Below the pieces are notes generated by a model. It had not been told where the DNA came from and made no database searches. It saw only the letters and a list, made by a program, of their open reading frames with translations. Positions 12,201 to 22,316 of a stretch of 64,000 nt of DNA are shown here, in pieces. The translations under genes and the position numbers were made by a program. Each line of letters begins with the position of its first letter. Positions within the stretch are counted from its first letter, which is position 1. Origin of the DNA: Lama guanicoe (lineage: Eukaryota); assembly GCA_013239625.1 (NCBI GenBank), contig MU057344.1:1118276-1182275 (forward strand). Direction: 5' to 3'.

Positions 12201-15200
12201 AAGCTCCAGGCTCTTCTGCCAGGCGACTTGAACCCAAACCTGAGGGGCTCTGCTCCTCTGCTGGGTGGGAGGCCGGCCGGGCGGGGCTGTGGTCAGGGGT
12301 GTGCAGGGGCGTCCACGGGGGCGAGTGCAGAAGCTCGCAGAGGTGCAGGTGGAGCGTGTATGCAGATGTGTGTGCCCCTGGCTAATGGAGAACTTTGGCC
12401 ACAGGTGCCCGGCTCCCGGGAGCCTGAGGGAAGCCAGCTCCCGCCCTGGTGGGCACATCGTGAGCAAAGTTGGGAGAGTTTGGGGGGCATCTGGCGAAGG
12501 TGGGGGGGTGGCTAGTGGCAGTGGCAGTGGCCTCGGGGACCCTGGCACAGGCTCCCAGCTGCTCCAGGGGTGTGACGAGCTTCAGGATGGACGAGGGGTT
12601 TGTGCCTTGGCCCCAGAGGGGGACAGGCTGCGGTGTTGCCAGGCCCGGGGGCCCCTCGGGCAGGGGCAGGGGTGCCAGGAGGGGAGCCCCTGATGCGCGA
12701 GTTCTCTAAACGGCAGAGAGGAAGGCTCAGCCCTGAGACTTCAGGAGATCTGCCGCAGCCCTGAGTGTGAACAGTAAACGGCCACCACTCTGTGGGGAGC
12801 AGACCCAAGTTATTTGTCTAATTAGGTAAAGAAGCAGGCCAGGACTCCGGGGCTGCAGGGCCCTTGTGTGAGGGTTATATAAGCAGGCAAGCTGAGGAAT
12901 GTTCCAGATGCACAGACAACATTCATTATGCAGTCACCATGCACGGGAAAAATAGTCAGAACTGGGAACTTAATGAGTTTAAAACAACACATCGCGGGGA
13001 GCTGATGCGGGCGCGTGAGCGAGCGTTTCCACTGGTCCTCGCCTTGGCTCTCAGGCCCCTGCTCCCGGCAGCTGCCTGTGCGCACCCAGGGTGGGCTGGA
13101 GACGGTGCCACCAGGGCCTGGGGCAGCAGCCAGCCCAGGGCCCGGCTCCCCCTTCCTCCCGCTCTTGGTTCTCCCTCCTCCAGGAAGGCTGCCTGGGGCT
13201 GCAGGGAGGAGCTGCCTGGTCTGAGGCTGGGCTCACCCCGTCCCTCTGTCTCCTCTCCTCCCAGGCCGAGGAGGACGTGGAGTCCGGGGACGATGCTGGA
13301 ACCAGCAGGCGGAACAGTCGGCTTCTTATGGGCAGCTTCTCCAAGCGCAAGGTCTGGGGGCTCCTGGGCGGGGCCCTGCCAGAGCGCAGCATGCATCTTG
13401 CCCCCGAGTGCACCAGCTGCCCCTGTACCAGCCAGAGGTGGGGGGGTCTCCTCCAGCCTCGAGGGCCCCTGGGATTCCTGGCTGCATCTCCTGACTGCAG
13501 GTGCTAGGTTTGGAGTGCTGGTCAGGGCTGGATGGAGTAAGTGGCCTCACACTGGCCAGTGCCCAGAGCTCAGGTCACCCAGTGCCCAGGCTGCGCAGGG
13601 CATGGCAGAGGACGGGGCAGGCAGGCCTGCAAGGTGGGCGCCCGGACCCACGGACGGCAGGCCCACCTCCAGCACCCTCCCGGGCTCTGCTGATGGCCCG
13701 GCCAAGCCTGGAGCTCCGCAAATCCTGACTCTGCCCTCGTTCTGCACAGAAAAAGAGCAGCAAGCTAAAGAAGGCAGCCAGCGTGGAGGAGGGGGACGAG
13801 GACTTGGACCCCCAAGGCAGCCAGAGCCGAGGGTCAGTGCCCTGCCCCCACCCCGGCCCCTGGAAGAAACAGCAGTGGGGGAGGTGCTGTCCTGGCAACA
13901 GCAGGAGTCAGCCGCGCAGGCTCGGGGACCACACAGTGGGGAGGGGGCGTGGGGGCCCGGGGCATGGACCCCGGAGCGCAGGGGCTGGACTGGCCGGTGG
14001 GTCCTGTGCTCGTTTCGTAGCCCGTCACGGTCAGTGCCCTTTGGTGGGCTCAGCACCTGCCCCTCCCCACCGTGTCAGCTCTCAGCGTGACCACTGCGTG
14101 TCCCGACACCTGGAACACAGGGGCGTAGTGGACGCCTGATGGACATTCAGCATGAATCAGAGCCCGGCCTGCCTGACCCCGTGCCCGCCCTCCCCGCAGG
14201 GCTGCCCGGCAGAAGAAGACCATGAAGCTGTCCCGGGCCCTCTCGGACCTGGTGAAGTACACCAAGTCCGTGGGCACCCATGACGTGGAGACGGAGGGTG
14301 AGGGGCCAGCAGGGCACGGGGCCGGCGGGGTGGGGGGCGGGGCCCGACGGGCTGCCCCTGACGCCGCCCGTCGGCGCCCGCAGTGGCGTCCAGCTGGCAG
14401 GTGTCGTCCTTCAGCGAGACCAGGGCCCAGCAGATCCTGCAGCAGAAACCGGCGCAGTACCTGCGCTTCAACCAGCACCAGCTGTCCCGCATCTACCCCT
14501 CCTCCTACCGCGTGGACTCCAGCAACTACAACCCCCAGCCCTTCTGGAACGCCGGCTGCCAGATGGGTGCGTGCCGGCGCGGAGCCAAGGCTGCTGGGCG
14601 TGGTTGCCCCGCCTGGGCACCCAGCCCTTAGGACCCCAGGGCGAGGGAGCGGTGACGCCGGACCTGGGGGCAGGGTCCTGCCGGGATGCCCCGGCGCACG
14701 TAGGCGGATGAGGGCTCGTGGGCAGCGTGCAGGCTGACCTGGCCGCCCCACCGCCCTCCCCACAGTCGCCCTGAACTACCAGTCGGAGGGGCGGATGCTG
14801 CAGCTGAACCGGGCCAAGTTCAGTGCCAACGGCAGCTGTGGCTACGTGCTCAAGCCCCAGTGCATGTGCCAGGGTGAGGACACAGGCCGGGATGCGGGGC
14901 GGCCGCATGAAGACCGCAGGGGGCACAGGGCGGGCCCCCCACCCTGCTGGGACTCTGGAGTCCCCGGCCACCCCTGCCCTGCCCGCTTCAGCGTTCCCTC
15001 TGACGTGCTGAAGACCACTTGTGGATTTCTTCCCATTCTACCCCTGGCCTCCCCACACCCCTCTTCTGTCTGCACTCACCTCTTCCAGCTGTGAACGTGA
15101 ACAACGTGCTGAGACCCATGCCTCACTGGTGGGAGGGGACGACCTGGGCCCACGTCATAGGGTGGTTGCAGAGGTGACCGGTGCACAGCCACCTGGCACC

Positions 15201-18200
15201 CGCCGCACTGCAACGCTGCCTCCCTCCTCCTCCTGGGCCCGGGCCCCCGTCCAGTGGATGGGGTAGAGGCAGGGGAGGGATCTCCACCCTGGAGAGTCAG
15301 TGGGGGGCTCACCCCTCCCCACTCAGCCTCACACCCTGGCCCTCTAGGTGTCTTCAACCCCAACTCTGAGGACCCCCTGCCGGGGCAGCTCAAAAAGCAG
15401 CTGGTGCTTCGCATCATCAGTGGGCAGCAGCTCCCCAAGCCACGGGACTCCATGCTGGGGGACCGAGGGGAGGTAGCGGGGCCTGGGCACACACAGGGAG
15501 GGGGCTGGGGAAACTGCCGGGCCCTGGTGCCACTCTCGCTCTCTGTGGCAGATCATCGACCCCTTCGTGGAGGTGGAGGTCATTGGGCTCCCCGTGGACT
15601 GCAGCAAGGAGCAGACCCGCGTGGTGGACGACAATGGTGAGGGTCCTGGCCCAGGCAGGCTGCAGGGGGCTATGGGCACCCAGGTGCCAGCCTGTGCCCC
15701 CAGCGCCATCACAGCTCCTGTGCTGGTGCTGCTAGTCAGCTGGGAAGGGAAGGGTGAGGGCCCCCTCCTGTGACCCAGGTAACCGGCCAGCCTGCCCCTC
15801 GCCCCGACTGGAAGCCCAGTGATGGCCGCCCGGCCTTTAGGTGTTGCTTGCTTCTCTCTGCCGGGTGGCCAGCCCAGGAGGAGGCTCTGGGAGAGGGCAT
15901 GGGCCCAGCTGGCCTCCCGGCTGGAGCTGTGGTGGGGACAGGCCCATCTGTGAGGTGGCACTGGGGCAAGAGGTGACACTTCCTCCTGGTGATCTCCAGG
16001 ATTCAACCCCATGTGGGAAGAGACCCTGGTGTTCACGGTGCACATGCCCGAGATAGCGCTGGTGCGCTTCCTCGTCTGGGACCATGACCCCATTGGGCGT
16101 GACTTCATCGGCCAAAGGACGCTGGCCTTCAGCAGCATGATGCCAGGTGGGCAGGGGGCCACCGTGGGAGCGGTTGGGGAGGGCAGAGCCCTGGGTCAGC
16201 ATCCCCTGCAGGCCAGCAGAAGGCTCCAGCACAGGGCAGGGCTCAGCCTCCTCCAGCGAGTTGACTCCTACCACGGGTGGACATGGGGACACGGAGGGAG
16301 CAGAGGAGGAGGGTGCAAGACCACAGCACTCCATAGACAGGGTGGGGGAGGGGAGACCCAGCTGCGGAGTCCCCCGGTCTCCAGGAAGAGGAAGAGATCC
16401 CTGCAGGCCACAGCAGTACCAGCAGGCTTCCTGGAGGAGGCAGAGGCCCCAGGACTGGACTCACAGGTTGTATTCAGGGCCTTAGGAACTTTAAGTAGAG
16501 TGTGGGGGACATGGGCAGGTAGGAGCTGGGGTGAGCTGTGACCCAGACTGTTTCAGGCTATCGGCATGTGTACCTGGAGGGGATGGAAGAGGCCTCCATC
16601 TTTGTTCACGTGGCCGTCAGTGACATCAGTGGTAAGGTGAGTGCCACCTGCAGGGCCACTTGCTGCCCAGAAGGGGCGCACCAGCGCCAGCCCCAGCCCC
16701 ACCCGATCCACGCCCCCAGGGCCATGAGGTCTAGCGGTCCCCTCGCTGGGACTGTGTCTCCACCTGCGAAATGAGTGGCTGGGCCCCTGGCACACCTCTG
16801 CCAGCCCTGACCACGTCCTGGGGCCACTGTGGCCATCGGGAGATGGACACCACAGCCCTTCCTGGGCACCCCCTGCCCGCCTTCCATCTCTCCTGGGCCT
16901 TCCCTTCTACTTCTCAGGGTCCCCAGGTTCTCCATCCCTCCTCGAAGGCGTCTGGCTTTGCCCCAGATCCCCACCGGTCCCCAGCAGTTTACCCAGGATG
17001 GGGGTCTCGCTCCAGCTTCCCCAGTCTGCAGAGCCCATGGGTCCTGGGTTCTGTGCTCAGGGCCCAGCAGGGCCATAATACATGGTGGTCTGTCAGGCAC
17101 ACGTTGGGGTCCTCGCAGGCCTAGCACTAACCGTCTCTCTCCTGCCTTGCTCCTTGGCCCCGAGGCTGGCTGGACGTGGGCCCCCAGGCCTCCCAACTCT
17201 GCCGTGCATCTGTCGTCCGTCCTGTCTGTCCTGTCTCCGTCTCTGCGGCTCCGTGCCCGCTGTCGGTGTCTCACGGCCTCACTCTGTCTCTTTGGTCTTG
17301 CAGTGGGCTTCTCTATGTCCAAAGTCTACTTTTAGAAGCACAGCCCTGTTAGGAGCTTGAAGGTACCCCAGCACCGGGGTGCGCGGCCTGCCGTCCCCAC
17401 TGCATGCTCAGGCCGCCCCCTTAGCATCTGTGACTCCTGGTAGCACCTTGGAGACTGTCAGCTCATGTGACATGGGTTGGAACGTGATTCTGGGTCCCCT
17501 GGGCCATCCTCAGGCACAGAGCAGCATTTATGAGGCAGGTCCAGGACTTCAGCCAGGCCTCCTGCATGTCCTGCCCAAGGTCTGGCCCGTCTCCTCCGGC
17601 CCCTTGGTCTTTCCAACTCCCGTACCTCCTCCCTGCCCTGTCCTTCCCTATGTCCGGGCCCCTAGCTGCCGGCACCCTATTCCCTCTCCCCTCCCTTCTC
17701 TCTGTGCACCCCCACCTGTGTGCCCCTCTGACTCTGTCTGTGCCAAGGGGTGAGGGGGAGGTCCCAGGGACCAGGAGCTCCGAGCTTGAATTCTGGACCT
17801 TCTTCTAAATGACTTTCCAGCCGACTTTGACCAAATTGCTCTGGATTTGGGATCTTGAATCGGGCAGCTGATTCAAGTGCTGGCCACTACCGCCTCTGCG
17901 TAGAGGTGCCTCTGTGTCCCTGGGGAGCCATGGCTGTTTTTAGGGTCTCTGCATGTGAGGACCCTGCTGGCCTCTCTGGGGTTGACCCAGGCCGGTCATG
18001 GGGGCCCCTGGCTACCCTCTTTGGGCAGGGAGGCCGCAGGGAGAGGCCTTGCGCAGACCTCCTGGGCCTGGCTGTCCGGGAAGGCCCTGGGCGAGCAGTG
18101 GTTTGGGGGCACCAAGCCAGCGGGGGCCCTGCTCTTGAGGCCCCCTGACCAGAGTGCAGGGTGAGGCTGGGAAAAACTGCCTGGCAGGAATCCAGAAGGG

Positions 18201-21200
18201 CTTCCTGGAAGAGGCAGCCTCTCCAGGGGAATGGGCCAGGCAGGAGCATGGGCTAGCCGACCGCGGTCTGCACCTGGCTGTGCTTGCTTCCTCGGCCGCG
18301 GTGCCTGAGGCCGGGGGAACCTGACTGGTGCTTGCTCTGTCCGGTCCTCGGCCGTCCTCCCCTCCACACCAGTGCCTGGGCCAGCCTGCTCTGCCAGAGC
18401 TGGCCGCTGAGGGCTAGGGTCGAGGTCCTTGCTTGGGCCTGCCCCATCCAGCCCTCCCTGGCACACCTGCTCCGAGACCTGCAGCCCTCCCGCCAGCGCC
18501 CGCTGGCTCCCTGCCGCAGCAGCCGCTGTCCCTGGTAGAGCTGCCATGGGGACCCTCTCCCTTCTGCACAGCCCTGAGTGGCCCCAGCCTGATGCAGCCG
18601 CCGGTGCCCTCAGCAAGCTGGCCCCTCGGGCTGCAGCAGGCCCAACCCAGGCCGCTCCCTGCTGGAGCGTGGCTGGACTGGGCTGGGCGGTCCCCGGCCC
18701 CGCTGCCCGGCCGTCCGCTATGTGTCTCCTTCTCTTGCAGGTCAAGCAGGCTCTGGGCCTAAAAGGCCTGTTCCTCCGAGGCCCAAAGCCCGGCTCCCTG
18801 GACAGTCATGCTGCTGGGCGGCCCCCGCCCCGGCCCTCCGTTAGCCAGCGGCTCCTGCGGCGCACAGCCAGCGCCCCAACCAAGAGTCAGAAGCCAGGCC
18901 GCAAGGCCTTCCCAGAGCTGGTCCTGGGCATGCGGGACGTGGGCTACGAGGGGGAGGCCGGCGACAGGGCACCCTCCAGCCCCGGCCCTGCTCCCGAGGC
19001 CCCGGCCCGGGAGGAGCCCGGCCGCCGCAGCCCCCGAGGTAAGGCGCCAGCGGAGAGGAGCCCGGTGCAGGAACAGCCCCCGCGTGCGCCCGAGGGCCCT
19101 GGGCCTGCGGGGATGGCCGCCACCTGCATGAAGTGTGTGGTGGGCTCCTGCGCTGGTGAGGACGCCGAGGGCCTGCGGAGGGGGCGGCTGCCCAGCCCGG
19201 GGCCCGAGGGCGGGCAGGTGGCTATCAGCCAGCAGCCCCGTGCCACCTGGGCGGACTCGCTGGGGGCCCCCCGAGCCGCCCCTGGAAGAAGCAAAGGGGC
19301 CCCCAAAGGCCCCAGGGCCCAGCAGCGGGGCCTGGGCAGCAGCGACTCCGTGTCCTCGGACTCCAGCAGCCCGGGCAGCCCTGAGGGGGCCCCCTGCAGG
19401 CCTGAGGACGCCCACAGGCAGGCGGGGGCCCTGCAGAGGGAGATGAATGCCCTGTTCGTTCAAAGGCTGGAGGAGATTAGGAGTAAATCCCCCGTGTTCC
19501 CCACCGGTAAGCCCAGACGCTCCTCTGCAGCGCCCCGTGCTGGCCCCACCGCCCTCGCATGGCCTGGGCCAGGAGTCCCCGCTGCGCTTTGTGTCCGGAC
19601 CATCGCCTCCATGTGCTCTCTGTGCCTTCGTTCCCTTTGCTCCACTGGCTGGTCCCGTGGGCCCCTCATCTGACCCCCAGAGGGGCTGGGGAAGTGAGAG
19701 CAGGTCTGGCCACAGGCGTACTCACCCTGGAGCTTCCCGCCCGGCTTGGGGACTGCGCAGTCTGAGGGCCAGGCTGTGCTTGCTGAGGCCCACAGCCCAG
19801 AGCTGGGCTTCTGGACATGGGCCCCAGTACCTGGGCCGAGTCTCCTTCCCCGGCCTGACCGCTAGGACCCGGGGGCAGCTTCCAGGCCCTCCTCCCACCT
19901 CCTTCAGGGCCAAGCCGCAGGCGTCCCAGCTCCCGGCCAGCACCACGGTCCCCTGGGAAGTCTGGTGTGGGTTCTTGGACAGGGCTCAGAGCCTCAGTGG
20001 GGCCTCAGCTCGCAAAGTGCCGAGGGGAGCAGATCGCATGTGCACTTGGCCCTACGGACTCAGGCCTGCAGGCCCAGAGCAGCTCTGTTCTGGAAGCCCC
20101 ACCCCTTCCCAGCTGGGCGTGACAGAGAATTTGGGGGCCCCCAGAACAGGGAGCGGATCCAGCCTGGGGAGGGCGGGCTGGAAGCTGAGCCCTCTCCCGC
20201 TCTGTCCCTGCACCCGCCCAGCCTTGCCTCTGTCTGTCCCCTGGCCAGCCCCACCCCCACGCTGGCCAGCCCCACCACCACGCTGACCACGCTGTTCTCC
20301 TTTCTGTCCCCACGCTGCCTCCCTAGTTAGGAACTGAGCGCAGCCAAGTGCCAGGTAACGGGGCCCGGCCCCACCGTGTGTCCTGAGCTGCCCCAGCCCC
20401 CTTGTTGGCCGGCCCGGTAGACCCTGCCTGTGGGCACAGGGCCCGTCTCCCTCCTGCATCCCCAGCAGCTGTGGAGCTGGAGGGCAGGGCGGGGGACAGC
20501 TGTGTGGACATGGAGGGGCCTGATGGCTGGGGGGTCCTGTGGGCATAGGAGCCACAGGGACGCCCCCGACACACTCCTCTCTCTCCCCTACAGACACCTG
20601 CCCCTTCTCTGTGCAGAGGTCGGTCTCCTCCCTGTGCAGCCTGGAAACCATTGCCGAGGAGCCAGCCCTGAGTCCTGGCCCACCACCGCTGGTGGCTGCC
20701 GCCCCTAGCCACTCCCCTGGAGGGCCTCAGTGCTCCGCAGGTCCCAGCACCAACTCGGCGAGCCCTCCAGGGCTGGCTCTGGAAACTTCTGGGCCCCTCC
20801 AGCTCAGGACCTGGGGCCACAGGAACCCCGAGCCAGCCCCTGAAAGCAGGCAGTGGGCATGCAGCGGCGGGGGCGCTGGTAGGGCAGGCCAGGGGGCCCC
20901 CAGCAGCCAGACAGACAGCAGGGGCCACCCCCGGACCCATCTGCCCAGAAGGGCCAAGAGTGAGGCGCAGGTGCCCTCAGAGTCCCCGGGTGGGCGGTGG
21001 CCCCTGGCTGGGCCCTGTCCCACCGTGTACTCAGATGCCACAGGCAATGACCGGCTGTGGCAGCGGCTGGAGCCAGGCAGCCACCGTGGCAGCGTGTCTT
21101 CATCCTCTAGCGTGTCATCCAGTGACACGGTCATTGATCTCTCCCTGCCGGGCCTGGGCCCAGGCCGTGAAAGCCTCACAGGGGCCCCAGCAGGACGTCT

Positions 21201-21867
21201 CCCCCTGCGGACCTGCTCAGCCTCAGCCGCCCACTTGGACCTGCCCACTGTGACCAAAAGCAAATCCAACCCCAACCTGCGGGCTGCGGGCCAGCTGCCT
21301 GTGGCGCCCGGAGAGCTACAGTCCCGCCCCCTAGCTCCTAGGCTGCCCTGGGGCCGCCTCCCCTTGGTGGGCCTCTGGGACTGCACTGTGGCTGCCAAGT
21401 CCAAGAGCCTCGGGGACCTGACCGCCGATGACTTTGTCCCCCGTGTGGAGAGCCTGGGCTGCAGCCTGGGCCTGGCCAGGGAGAGGCCAGCAGGGCCGAG
21501 TGCACGGCCGGACACCCTGACGGAGCAGCTACGCTGGCTCACAGGGTTCCAGCAGGCCGGTGACATCACGTCGCCCACCAGCCTGGGCCCAGCTGGGGAG
21601 GGGGTGGCAGGAGGCCAAGGCTTCCTGCGACGCTCCTCTTCCCGCAGCCAGAGCCGCGTCCGTGCCATTGCCAGCCGGGCCCGCCAGGCCCAGGAGCGGC
21701 AGCAGCGGCTGCAGGGCCCGAGGGGACCCCCGGAGGAGGAGCGGGGCACCCCTGAGGGTGCCTGCTCCGTGGGCCAAGAGGGCTGCGGGGATGTGCTGGC
21801 CCCCACCAAGGGTGCCGCTGACCGGCCATCAGGTGCTGCCGTCCCCAGCCTCCTGCTCAGACTCTGA
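34..21867 (+). CDS. PLCH2: Phospholipase C eta 2, spliced multi-exon CDS span, 5'-partial (first exons lie upstream of the window)
   Basis: Exons join in phase to give PH (part), EF-hands, X box (SSHNTY, IVHHG catalytic His motifs), X-Y linker, Y box, C2 and a long C-tail ending in the PDZ-ligand LLRL. Sequence closely matches recalled mammalian PLCH2. Confidence 0.97.
278..444 (+). other. PLCH2: U12-type (minor spliceosome) intron with AT-AA termini, 167 nt
   Basis: 5' site ATATCCTT; U12-like branch CCCCTAAC 426-433; frame requires the join CA|G TGG CTG AAG (QWLK), so the intron ends ...CAAA at 444. Confidence 0.85.
445..574 (+). CDS. PLCH2: PLCH2 exon (EF-hand, [17 protein letters not shown]...KQMFK), 130 nt
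   Basis: EF-hand loop [12 protein letters not shown]; donor GTGAGG at 575. Confidence 0.94.
1727..2033 (+). mobile_element. tRNA-derived SINE (camelid Vic-1-like) followed by an old L1 3'-end fragment, within one target-site duplication
   Basis: A box TAGCTCAGCGG, degenerate B box, AAACCTAGTTACC tail; TSD GAACATGCCCCC 1715-1726 and GAAAATGCCCCC 2034-2045. Confidence 0.8.
3513..3683 (+). CDS. PLCH2: PLCH2 exon (EADTDDQQG...LEVEQK), 171 nt
   Basis: AG 3511-3512 and GT 3684; phase 0-0; EF-hand region. Confidence 0.95.
5638..5731 (+). CDS. PLCH2: PLCH2 exon (MTGVTLESC...MGID), 94 nt
   Basis: TAG acceptor, GTGAGT donor, phase consistent. Confidence 0.94.
5901..6104 (+). CDS. PLCH2: PLCH2 exon (GFTNYTRSP...SSHNTYL...GCRCVE), start of X box, 204 nt
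   Basis: PI-PLC motif [19 protein letters not shown]; canonical AG/GT. Confidence 0.96.
6353..6473 (+). CDS. PLCH2: PLCH2 exon ([16 protein letters not shown]...FVKNE), 121 nt
   Basis: X-box DCWDG and HHG motifs read directly from DNA; AG 6351-6352, GT 6474. Confidence 0.95.
7890..8061 (+). CDS. PLCH2: PLCH2 exon ([11 protein letters not shown]...LKGKILVK), 172 nt
   Basis: X-box motifs; AG/GT boundaries in phase. Confidence 0.96.
8415..8522 (+). CDS. PLCH2: PLCH2 exon ([15 protein letters not shown]...LLDGD), 108 nt
   Basis: Acidic X-Y linker; AG/GT, phase 0-0. Confidence 0.94.
9547..9705 (+). CDS. PLCH2: PLCH2 exon ([10 protein letters not shown]...GHRAEAKK), 159 nt
   Basis: CTGCAG acceptor; AAG|GTGAGA donor; phase 0-0. 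Confidence 0.9.
11686..11776 (+). mobile_element. 5'-truncated tRNA-derived SINE
   Basis: B box GGTTCAATAC, A-rich tail, TSD AAGCAGGTGG at 11676-11685 and 11777-11786. Confidence 0.8.
13265..13351 (+). CDS. PLCH2: PLCH2 exon ([10 protein letters not shown]...FSKRK), 87 nt
   Basis: Polypyrimidine tract plus CAG; GT 13352; phase 0-0. Confidence 0.9.
13750..13832 (+). CDS. PLCH2: PLCH2 exon ([15 protein letters not shown]...QSRG), 83 nt
   Basis: CAG 13747-13749; GTCAGT donor at 13833. Confidence 0.9.
14200..14297 (+). CDS. PLCH2: PLCH2 exon ([20 protein letters not shown]...ETE), start of Y box, 98 nt
   Basis: LSDLV motif; AG/GT in phase. Confidence 0.95.
14384..14566 (+). CDS. PLCH2: PLCH2 exon ([12 protein letters not shown]...RIYP...WNAGCQM), 183 nt
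   Basis: Y-box motifs [17 protein letters not shown]. Confidence 0.97.
14766..14873 (+). CDS. PLCH2: PLCH2 exon (VALNYQSEG...[11 protein letters not shown]), 108 nt
   Basis: Y-box VALNYQ and GYVLKP motifs; AG/GT. Confidence 0.96.
15348..15472 (+). CDS. PLCH2: PLCH2 exon ([10 protein letters not shown]...IISGQQLPK...DRGE), start of C2, 125 nt
   Basis: C2 motif IISGQQLP; TAG/GT. Confidence 0.95.
15552..15636 (+). CDS. PLCH2: PLCH2 exon ([12 protein letters not shown]...VVDDN), 85 nt
   Basis: C2 motif DPFVEV; AG/GT. Confidence 0.95.
16000..16146 (+). CDS. PLCH2: PLCH2 exon ([10 protein letters not shown]...FSSMMP), 147 nt
   Basis: C2 motifs GFNPxW and DFIGQ; AG/GT. Confidence 0.96.
16557..16636 (+). 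CDS. PLCH2: PLCH2 exon (GYRHVYLEG...DISGK), end of C2, 80 nt
   Basis: GYRHV motif; AAG|GTGAGT donor, phase 0. Confidence 0.95.
17304..17362 (+). other. PLCH2: Candidate stop-containing cassette exon in PLCH2 ([18 protein letters not shown]), 59 nt
   Basis: Long AG-free pyrimidine-rich tract ending TTGCAG; AAG|GTACCC donor; TGCATG motifs downstream; see findings. Confidence 0.55.
18741..19038 (+). CDS. PLCH2: PLCH2 exon, short-donor form ([11 protein letters not shown]...RRSPR), 298 nt
   Basis: TTGCAG acceptor; strong donor G|GTAAGG at 19039; phase 1 fits the final exon. Confidence 0.93.
19039..19506 (+). CDS. PLCH2: PLCH2 alternative 3' extension of the same exon (long-donor form, ...[25 protein letters not shown])
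   Basis: Frame stays open; second donor G|GTAAGC at 19507 in the same phase 1; C-terminal splice variants of PLC-eta2 are established. Confidence 0.8.
20327..20354 (+). CDS. PLCH2: PLCH2 alternative 28-nt microexon encoding V-R-N-stop (TGA 20335-20337)
   Basis: Branch-like GCTGAC, polypyrimidine tract, TAG acceptor, CAG|GTAACG donor; matches a recalled short PLC-eta2 C-terminus. Confidence 0.75.
20594..21867 (+). CDS. PLCH2: PLCH2 last coding exon (DTCPFSVQR...KSKSLGDLT...LLLRL*)
   Basis: CAG 20591-20593; PLCH motifs [23 protein letters not shown]; PDZ-ligand end. Confidence 0.95.
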
Positions 21868-22310
21868 GCAGACCCGGGGAACTTGTGTGCCCTCCCTGCA
21901 GCCCGGCGCCTGGGCAGGCCGGTGTTTGCGCAGGACACAGCTGCTCGCTCCCAAAGCCACCGCCTGTCCTGGTGCGGCTGTGCCCCTGGGCCCCCAGCCC
22001 CACCTCCCGAGGAGGAAGGGAGCCCGCCCTGGGCTTTAAGATCTGTGTATACAGAGAGAGATACTTAACTTTTAGAGACAAAACTTCTACAACACAAAAA
22101 CGGTGCCGTGTCCTTCTCCACTTCCACCTGGTTTTAGCTGCGAGGGTGTGTGCCGGCGCGCGTCTGCTGGCCCTGCCACGCGAGGCCCCTGGGGATGCTT
22201 GTCGTGTGCCCAGGGTGATCCAGAACGTTGCCTGTGCCCCCACCCGGACTGCAGCTTGTTCTGCACAAACCCTGCTCTGTACGGGATGTTTTAGACTCTT
22301 CGTAAACTCC

Positions 22311-22316
22311 AATAAA
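22311..22316 (+). terminator. PLCH2 polyadenylation signal AATAAA
   Basis: Canonical hexamer about 440 nt after the stop codon. Confidence 0.85.

Noticed and set aside
20727-21938. 403-aa antisense ORF over the last PLCH2 exon
   Set aside because: Shadow of a GC-rich coding exon with few stops on the opposite strand; low-complexity product with no recognisable domain.
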